Assembly (NCBI GenBank): GCA_963772725.1
Contig: CAVYYI010000001.1
Location: forward strand, 480,001 to 544,000
Direction: 5' to 3'
Length of the DNA: 64,000 nt
From: an uncultured Phycisphaerales bacterium
GTDB taxonomy: Bacteria > Planctomycetota > Phycisphaerae > Sedimentisphaerales > Anaerobacaceae
Below, piece after piece: positions 54,209 through 64,000 of the stretch. The notes below the pieces were generated by a model that saw nothing but the letters and a program-made list of their open reading frames with translations, did not search any database and was not told the origin of the DNA. Each line of letters starts with the position of its first letter. Positions within the stretch are counted from its first letter, which is position 1. Made by a program: the position numbers and the translations under genes.

Positions 54209-55695
54209 GTCGTCCCTGAAAAATAATTTAACTTTTTTGTATATAAAGGCTTGCAATTTAAAAATCTGGCGCTAAATTGCAGGGAAATGATATTTATTAT
54301 TAATTTCCTTGCAAAACATGGAGGTTTTTATGCAGCCTAAACAACAAAGCAATTCCCAGTCAATGTTATTCACCTCGAAGCTGGAGCAGATACTAAACGA
54401 GCAGCATCCTTTATATAAACTGGCAAATATCATCATCTGGTCAGAGTTTGATGCCGCCTTCGGTAAACTCTATGATCCGGGCTTCGGCAGACCAGCCAAA
54501 CCCACCCGCCTTATGGCAGGACTTCATTATCTCAAAAGCGCATATAATCTCAGCGATGAGTCTGTAGTTGAGAGATGGATAGAGAATCCTTACTGGCAGT
54601 ATTTTTGCGGAGAGCAATATTTTCAGCATGAATTTCCGATTGACCCAACCAGTATGACCAAATGGCGTAACCGGATTAAGGACGCTGGTATGGAAAAGCT
54701 GCTTGAGCAGACCATAAGCGCAGGCCTTAAAACCGGCACAGTTAAACCGCATCAGTTAAAAAAGATAGTAGTCGATACAACGGTGCAGGAAAAGGCGACA
54801 GCCTTTCCGACCGATGCACGTCTTTATCATAAGATGAGAATAAAGCTTGTTAAAAAGGCACAGGATAATGACATAGAACTTAGGCAGAGTTATCAGAGGG
54901 TAGCCAAAAGGGCTTTTGTTATGCAGCACAGATTTTCACACGCCAGGCAGTTCAAAAAAGCGGATAAGCAATTAAGGAAACTAAAGACCTGTCTGGGAAG
55001 AGTTACAAGGGATATAGAGCGTAAGATATTGCAGAAGCCTCAATTGCAGCAGGAGTTTTCAGAATTGCTCGATATGTCCAGGAGGTTATTATCACAGAAA
55101 CGGGACAGCAGTAACAAGCTATACAGTATTCACGCGCCGGAGGTTAACTGCATAAGCAAGGGCAAGGCACACAAGAAGTATGAGTTTGGCTGTAAGGTGG
55201 CACTGGCGTCTCCCGCTCAAAACGCCTTTGTAGTCGCAGCGGTTGCTTTTGAAGGGAATCCATATGATGGACATACGTTAAAAGATACACTCTCCCAGAC
55301 GATGAAACTGCTGGATAAAAAAGGTTTTGAAGATGTTTATGTTGATGATGGGTACAAAGGTCATGGCTGTGGAGATATTGCGGAGGTTCATATCGTCAAA
55401 AGGGGCTGGCGAAAGCTGCCGAGAAGTATTCGAAAGTGGTACAGCAGGCGAAGTATGATTGAGCCTGTGATAGGACATTGTAAATCTGATAACGGTCTGG
55501 ACAGAAACTACCTCAAGGGCGTCGAAGGCGATAAGGTTAATGCGATATTGAGCGCTTGCGGGTTTAATATCCGCAAGTTGCTGCGGAAAATTATTTTTTG
55601 GCTTTGCCGGTTTATTCAAAATTTGTGGCTGTTGGCAGAATTTGCCCAGCTTACATATGCCGCCTGAAACTGAAATCTACTTTTTCAGGGACGAC
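54209..55695 (+). mobile_element. IS5-family element, copy B (1487 bp)
   Basis: Same IRs as copy A, with 6-bp duplication TAACTA (54203-08, 55696-701). Confidence 0.93.
54330..55667 (+). CDS. IS5-family DDE transposase
   Basis: Differs from copy A at only a few residues (V/I; GLS/WLL). Confidence 0.95.
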   Translation: MQPKQQSNSQSMLFTSKLEQILNEQHPLYKLANIIIWSEFDAAFGKLYDPGFGRPAKPTRLMAGLHYLKSAYNLSDESVVERWIENPYWQYFCGEQYFQHEFPIDPTSMTKWRNRIKDAGMEKLLEQTISAGLKTGTVKPHQLKKIVVDTTVQEKATAFPTDARLYHKMRIKLVKKAQDNDIELRQSYQRVAKRAFVMQHRFSHARQFKKADKQLRKLKTCLGRVTRDIERKILQKPQLQQEFSELLDMSRRLLSQKRDSSNKLYSIHAPEVNCISKGKAHKKYEFGCKVALASPAQNAFVVAAVAFEGNPYDGHTLKDTLSQTMKLLDKKGFEDVYVDDGYKGHGCGDIAEVHIVKRGWRKLPRSIRKWYSRRSMIEPVIGHCKSDNGLDRNYLKGVEGDKVNAILSACGFNIRKLLRKIIFWLCRFIQNLWLLAEFAQLTYAA

Positions 55696-55828
55696 TAACT
55701 AGCCGCTTGTCGTTAAGAGTGCACCGACTAGCCAGCGATTGTTTATGAAAAACCGCAAAACAAAGCAGCAGCAGGGAGTTTTTGGGATTCGGAAGTTGAA
55801 ACTATGTCTATGAATCGCACACTTTATA

Positions 55829-55873
55829 ATTCCTGGCAATCACCTGCTCTCGCCTCGAAAGACTACCATCGGC
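55829..55873 (-). repeat. Duplicated 3' part of 5S rRNA
   Basis: attcctggcaatcacctgctctcgcctcgaaagactaccatcggc versus 56517..56561. Confidence 0.85.
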
Positions 55874-55884
55874 TGTATCTTTTT

Positions 55885-56181
55885 TTATGATGCCAATTTA
55901 GAACGAGTTCTTATGAGCCTCTTGCTTTGTTTTTTTGTTCTGTCGCCTATACCCAACAAGAGCGTTTTGACGCAAATATCTTCATTGATTTTATCCCAGT
56001 GTAATCCGGTGCCGCCGCCGCTGATGATGTAGTTCTTACGCTGTTTAGGTGTAGCGTGTAAAAGTCGCGGGAAATATGCAAGCGGCACCGCAAGCTTTCT
56101 TCCATCCGCAAATTCAACCCACATATTATCCGCGTCAAAACTGACGCTTTGTGCCACAGGTTCAGTTGCCAAAGTACTCAT
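55885..56181 (-). CDS. DUF2442-family protein (putative antitoxin)
   Basis: ADGRKLAVPLAYFPRLLHAT..QR......G.GLHW..INEDI. Confidence 0.85.
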   Translation of the reverse strand: MSTLATEPVAQSVSFDADNMWVEFADGRKLAVPLAYFPRLLHATPKQRKNYIISGGGTGLHWDKINEDICVKTLLLGIGDRTKKQSKRLIRTRSKLAS

Positions 56182-56407
56182 ACCATGCCCTCTTAATCAT
56201 TTTCACATTTTTTTCAACAACTTTTTGGAGTTCATTTAATTCATGGGATTTCATCCGGTAAGATTCTGCGAGGCTTATCGAAAGTTCAAGCCAGAATTTG
56301 GCTACCCTATCATCTTTTCTCACATGTATATGCAACGGTTCGGCAGGGTCTCCTTCATTTGAATAAAAGAAAAACTTGTACCCTTTATGTCGCAGTATTA
56401 CCGGCAT
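56162..56407 (-). CDS. DUF4160-family protein (putative toxin)
   Basis: MPVILRHKGYKFFFYSNE...EPLHIHV...AKFWL...AWYEYFG, overlapping the DUF2442 gene. Confidence 0.87.
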   Translation of the reverse strand: MPVILRHKGYKFFFYSNEGDPAEPLHIHVRKDDRVAKFWLELSISLAESYRMKSHELNELQKVVEKNVKMIKRAWYEYFGN

Positions 56408-56476
56408 ATCGCCTTTCTATTTATAACTGTTTTGATGTTATTATACCAAAGCTGCAAACAATTTCAACTATCCATA

Positions 56477-56510
56477 AAAGGAAAAGGCCGAGTGGGGTTA
56501 CCACTCGGCC
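56477..56510 (-). terminator. Rho-independent terminator of the rRNA operon
   Basis: Minus strand GGCCGAGTGG-loop-CCACTCGGCC followed by TTTTCCTTTT. Confidence 0.8.
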
Positions 56511-56517
56511 TTTATAA

Positions 56518-56628
56518 TTCCTGGCAATCACCTACTCTCGCCCTAAAGGACTACCATCGGCCGGACGGGCTTAGCTTCTGAGTTCGGAAAGGGATCAGGC
56601 GTTTCCCCGTCAGTATAGTCACCAGGAA
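56518..56628 (-). rRNA. rrf: 5S rRNA (short, ~111 nt)
   Basis: Terminal helix TTCCTGG/CCAGGAA, with CCGAAC, GATGGTAGT and GAGAGTAGG motifs. Confidence 0.93.
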
Positions 56629-56745
56629 ATTTGTTACATCAAAGACTTTGTAAGCCTTGATGATGTATTCACTTTTAAGCAAAATAGAGATGCGTCAAAA
56701 GACGCAAACTAAGAATATTAACCAACCAATCAACCAAAGATTGAT

Positions 56746-59746
<3,001 letters not shown>

Positions 59747-59957
59747 ATCAATCTTAGATTGATTAAGGTTGGTTAGGTTTGTCTATTCCTAAGTTTACGC
59801 TTTCAATTGTAAGAAGTTTTTCTGACGGAAAAACCAAAAAGAAAAACTTCTTCACGCATCTCTATATTTACTTTTCAAAGAACACTATTAGTCGTTAGTT
59901 GATAGTCTTTAGTTCATCGAACTAATAACTAATCACCATCATCTAATGACTAATCAC

Positions 59958-60030
59958 TGGAGACGAAGGGGATCGAACCCTCAACCTCCGGCTTGCAAAG
60001 CCGGCGCTCTCCCAATTGAGCTACGTCCCC
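59958..60030 (-). tRNA. tRNA-Ala(UGC), CCA not encoded
   Basis: GGGGACGTAGCTCAATTGG...TTGCAA...GTTCGATCC...CGTCTCCA cloverleaf. Confidence 0.96.
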
Positions 60031-60132
60031 GAGACCGTTCCACGGAAATCCTAAATTCTAATTCCTAAATCCTAACGTTTAGAATTTAGTATTTAGTGCT
60101 TAGGATTTCCTTTGGCTCGCCGCCAAAGGAAC

Positions 60133-60206
<74 letters not shown>

Positions 60207-60482
60207 AATTATACTGCCGATTTTCGACCGCGGATTGCCGATTGTAACAAACAAATCGAAAACCGCAAATCGACAACTCAATCGAACTCGTCTTTATACC
60301 TATATACTTTAAAAAGAGCAAACAAAAAAACCGCAGCATAAACACATGCCTGCGGCTTTAAAGTGCGGCCTAAATCGTCTGCCGCAATCTAAAGCAAAAA
60401 CTCACAAGTTATCAGAGTCTTTTTCAAATTTCTACCTGACCCTCTCCAAATAACACTAATTTCCTTTTAATCAGGTTCCGTC

Positions 60483-60511
60483 ATTGTATTATTCTTTTAA
60501 TATAGCGTCAA
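60483..60511 (-). promoter_or_regulatory. rRNA operon promoter
   Basis: TTGACG-17-TACAAT with an upstream A/T-tract UP element. BoxA-like TGCTCTTT at ~60320 and TGTTCTTTGAAAA at ~59884. Confidence 0.7.
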
Positions 60512-60564
60512 GTCTTTTATAAAAAAATTTTTAATTTTTTTTAATAATTTTTTTAATGCTGTTT

Positions 60565-61569
60565 TTAGCTACGGTCTATAGCTCCCAATTGTTCTCTAAC
60601 CTCTTCTAAAATAAGCTTTTTGGCGTTTTCCAGGGGGCCTGGCAGATAGGTTCCGGAAGCCATTGCATGTCCGCCGCCGCCGAATTTTTGAGTGATTTTT
60701 CGCACATCGACATTTTTTTTACTTCTCAGCGAGCATTTAATCCTGCCATCGGGTAATTCGACAAACACAGATGCAACCTCAACGGTGCTTATCCGCTGGC
60801 ACTCATCTATAAGGTTCTCGGTATCTTTTAACGCTGCCCCTGTTCGCGAGAAATCAGCGGGAACCAATTGCTGCGAGGCGTAACGCCCATCAAAATGCAG
60901 TTCAAGTGAGTCGAGCAGAGTAATCATAAGCCTGAACCGCTGGTAAGAAAAATTCTGATACATCAAATGGTAAATTTCCGGAGGTTTTATCCCCAAATCC
61001 ATCAATTCAGCGCAGCTTCTGAGCGTTCTGCTGTCAACATTAGTAAACCTGAACCAGCCTGTATCTGTCGCTATTGCCACAAATAACGCTTCGGCCGTTT
61101 TGCCTTTTATGGGCCATTTATCGCACTTAAAAAGCTCATGCACAATCAGTCCGGCAGCCGATGCCTGCACATCCAAAAGTTCTATATTGCCAAGATGGTC
61201 GCTGGTAGCGTGATGGTCAATTACCAGCACCGGCATATCATTTTGTTTGAGATAATCATAGAATTTCGGCAACTGAATGCCGCTGTTGGTATCGACGATA
61301 ATAATCAAATCCGGTTTGATAAACTGTCCTGCTTTTAGCTGTTCGAGCGTCAGGCTATCACCGAGTATGGCGGGTTTTTCAGAAAAAAGAAATTGATACC
61401 AGTCCGGCAGTTCCGAGAGCAGCAATACTTTAGCCTTTTTACCCAGAGCGGTCATCGTTTCATACATTGCCGCTACTGAACCGCACGCGTCCCCGTCCGG
61501 CCGAACGTGCGTTGTTATGAGAATATTTGTTGATTTCTCGATTAACTCTATTGCTTTTTGAAAATCCAT
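60565..61569 (-). CDS. nrnA: DHH/DHHA1 phosphoesterase (NrnA-like)
   Basis: HVRPDGDACGS, IDHH, ATDTGWF, SLRS, FGGGGH. Confidence 0.88.
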   Translation of the reverse strand: MDFQKAIELIEKSTNILITTHVRPDGDACGSVAAMYETMTALGKKAKVLLLSELPDWYQFLFSEKPAILGDSLTLEQLKAGQFIKPDLIIIVDTNSGIQLPKFYDYLKQNDMPVLVIDHHATSDHLGNIELLDVQASAAGLIVHELFKCDKWPIKGKTAEALFVAIATDTGWFRFTNVDSRTLRSCAELMDLGIKPPEIYHLMYQNFSYQRFRLMITLLDSLELHFDGRYASQQLVPADFSRTGAALKDTENLIDECQRISTVEVASVFVELPDGRIKCSLRSKKNVDVRKITQKFGGGGHAMASGTYLPGPLENAKKLILEEVREQLGAIDRS

Positions 61570-62041
61570 ATTATTTCTCTTTGTTCGACACAGATTAATC
61601 CGCCTGCGGCGGAATTAACACAGTTTTTTAGACAGGATAACCCGTCCTTCGCTAAAGCTACGGCGGAAGGCAGGATTAACTTGTAGTCTTAAACGCTATA
61701 CGCTCCACGCAGTACGCTCTACGCTATCTTTACCCGCTCTACGCTATTCTTAGTGAGATTATCAATTATCTGTTCAATAATCAATTAAAAACATTGAACG
61801 CTTCCTTTTGACGGGATTACAGGATTTAATCGAAAATCGAAAATCTAAAATGGCTACACCCTATTCCCTGATAAAAAACCTTGTATTCTTTGTCGGCTTA
61901 GTGATATACTGCTTTCAGCAGTCTGTGTTTGGCGTTTTATACAGACGGTATAATCATTGTTGGGTGTAAAATAAATCTGTAAGGAAATAGCGTCGTGATG
62001 CAAAATGAAATTACTTCTGGAGTTTTTTGGAGACCGAGACA

Positions 62042-63318
62042 ATGAAAAAGCTAAGCCTTCTGTTAGCTGGCATTGTATTAACAAGTCTTTCGGTCGCACA
62101 GGCTGACCAAACTCTTGTCGATTTAGTAAAAAAAGTAAAGCCCTGCGTTGTTCTTATAGAGACTTTCGACAAGGACAATAAGCCAATCGGTCAGGGAAGC
62201 GGATTCTTCATAGATAATAAAGGCATGCTTATCACAAACCATCACGTTATCGAAGGCGCTTATTCAGCTACTATTAAAACCTCAACAGGCAAAGAATATC
62301 CGGTGCAGGGTATTGTTGCCAAAGACACCGAAGCCGATATTGTCAAACTTGTAGTGAACCTGCCGGATGCCAATATAACCTTCTTAAATCTCAGCGTGAA
62401 TGTGCCTTCTGAAGGTGAAGACATTTTTGTTATAGGCAATCCTCTCGGCCTTGAATCGACCATATCAACCGGCATCGTATCGGCAGTTCGAGATATTCCC
62501 GCCTTTGGCAAAATACTACAGATAACCGCTCCGATTTCACCCGGCTCAAGCGGCAGTCCTGTCCTGAACAGCAAAGGAGAGGTGATAGGCATTGCGACAC
62601 TTGTTCTCAAAGAAGGCCAGAATCTCAATTTCGCGATTGCGTCGCACACAATTCTGCTCTTAAAAGAAACAGACAAAGTAATGAGTCTGAAAGATTACAC
62701 GATAAAAATATCTGACCCACGACAAGGATATTTCCCATTGGTACCTTGGTCGCAGTACGTATATGTTGGGCATTTCAATGAGAAAAGCTATAAAGATGTG
62801 ATTCTTTTAGTAGATATGGCTGAAGCCGAAATTGATGGGCTCTGCTTTATGGACGAAGACGATGTTCAGAAACTAATTGCAGGTAAACGAAAGTGGGACA
62901 GTGGTGGACTTTATTCGTATCGCAACATAGGCCTTGGAGTTTATCGAAGAAGTGGGATAAGGATTTACACTAGTTGTATTGATTTCATTGTGCAGTCAAA
63001 CAAGTTGGAATATATCAGAGAACAGGAGATGTTAAGTTTTCCACTGAAAGTTGGTGACCAATATAAATTTCGTCATCCCATTTTCGCACGGATGGGCAAA
63101 AAAGTTTGAAGGTAATTAGTTTTGAATCGGTAATAGTCCCTGCAGGACGATTTGAGCGGTGTGCCAAGATAGAAGTTAAAACAACTTTTACTAGTTCAGA
63201 TGAGAACCAGAAAACAGAAAATACAGATTATGCATGGTTGGCGGAAAATATTGGGCTTGTCAAACTGAAGAGAAGTACAGGTCGAATAGACGAATTGCTT
63301 TCATACAATATACCTTAG
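62042..63318 (+). CDS. Secreted trypsin-like serine protease with C-terminal VPAG-F domain (probable frameshift near 63066)
   Basis: Signal peptide; GSGFFI, TNHHV, DIV, ISPGSSGSP. FPLKVGD runs into ORF 63106..63318 (ESVIVPAGRF...WLAENIGLVK). Confidence 0.7.
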
Positions 63319-63424
63319 TAGCGGCATAGTGCGCAACTTATTAACCATGTGGTTAAATGAAAGATATCTTCAAAATAGGCTAAAGTCCATATTACAAAAT
63401 GCAAAATGAAATGTGAGTTAATTG

Positions 63425-63979
63425 ATGGCAATGTCTGACCAAGAAATGGGCAAAAAAGAAATCGAGCGAAATGACTTAACTTATTTTATTGAAGCGTATG
63501 AGTGGGTAACAGGTGAATTACTTACCGAACTTGCTTCCTGGGAGTGTCCTGACTTTATTTGTCCTCGCACGAACGAACAGAAAGTTGGTGTTGAGCTTAC
63601 TATGATTACAAGAGATCCAGAGAGTGCTGGTTGGGATCGAATTCTTGATCGTAAATATGAGGCAGATACCCAAGATACACTGGAAAGAATTTTTAGGTTG
63701 ATAGCAGATAAAGACAAAAAACGCTCTAAAAATTATGGCAACTGGGCGGATAAGACAATTTTGGTGCTTCAGCTATCCGACTGTTCACTATTGTCTCTGT
63801 GTCCACTCCTTACTAATGATATCCGAGAAGATTTTTCTGGCAACGGCTTTGTCGAGATTTGGCTTGCTGAATATACAGGAATCGAAGCGTACAGAGATAT
63901 CGAACTATTCGGACTGGCTCCAGCTAAGTGGTGGGGTTATCACCAACGTCAGAATCCTTACCGAAAACCATATGGATAA
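63425..63979 (+). CDS. Hypothetical protein, possible PD-(D/E)XK-like fold
   Basis: ECPDFIC...VGVELT motif in a 184-aa open frame. Confidence 0.6.
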   Translation: MAMSDQEMGKKEIERNDLTYFIEAYEWVTGELLTELASWECPDFICPRTNEQKVGVELTMITRDPESAGWDRILDRKYEADTQDTLERIFRLIADKDKKRSKNYGNWADKTILVLQLSDCSLLSLCPLLTNDIREDFSGNGFVEIWLAEYTGIEAYRDIELFGLAPAKWWGYHQRQNPYRKPYG

Positions 63980-64000
63980 TTCCAAAATTTGGGTCGATAG

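Larger units (their letters stand above)
54093..55821. mobile_element. ~236-bp MITE-like element (TGT...ACA) interrupted by IS5 copy B
   Basis: 26-bp imperfect IRs tgtatgattcacacacatcgtttcaa / tgtgcgattcatagacatagtttcaa and 7-bp duplication CTTTATA (54086-92, 55822-28). Confidence 0.72.

Noticed and set aside
36578..55695. Composite transposon that delivered the SPFH/ABC locus
   Set aside because: The outer flanks do not match each other, copy B has its own target duplication, and the cargo includes core genes.

Overview
Mostly core chromosome of a probably anaerobic planctomycete (inferred from the short ~111-nt 5S rRNA, a 23S-5S operon with no linked 16S, a long ACP and PVC-type hypothetical proteins). 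Left to right: a divergent sulfur assimilation / cysteine / Fe-S locus (sulfite reductase, cysH | Rrf2, cysK, cysE, nadA, metY, nifU, nifS); a ribokinase-like gene; PadR plus a membrane protein; serS; a variant type II fatty-acid cluster with a divergent FabK/FabX-like flavoprotein; a DEAD-box helicase; an AT-rich islet (complete IS3, DUF3800-like gene, strongly structured non-coding element); tkt, trpC, smpB; a MetF-MetV-AcsE-like triple fusion; rpsT, rnr; two IS5-family elements side by side; a cluster of three SPFH proteins, a P1B ATPase, an ABC system and a conserved unknown protein; pcrA; a nested MITE/IS5 next to a DUF4160-DUF2442 cassette flanked by direct repeats of the 5S 3' half plus terminator; a tRNA-Ile, tRNA-Ala, 23S, 5S operon; nrnA; and two accessory genes. 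Many genes carry single-base frameshifts that are most likely long-read consensus errors. All family calls come from motif recognition by eye, not database searches.
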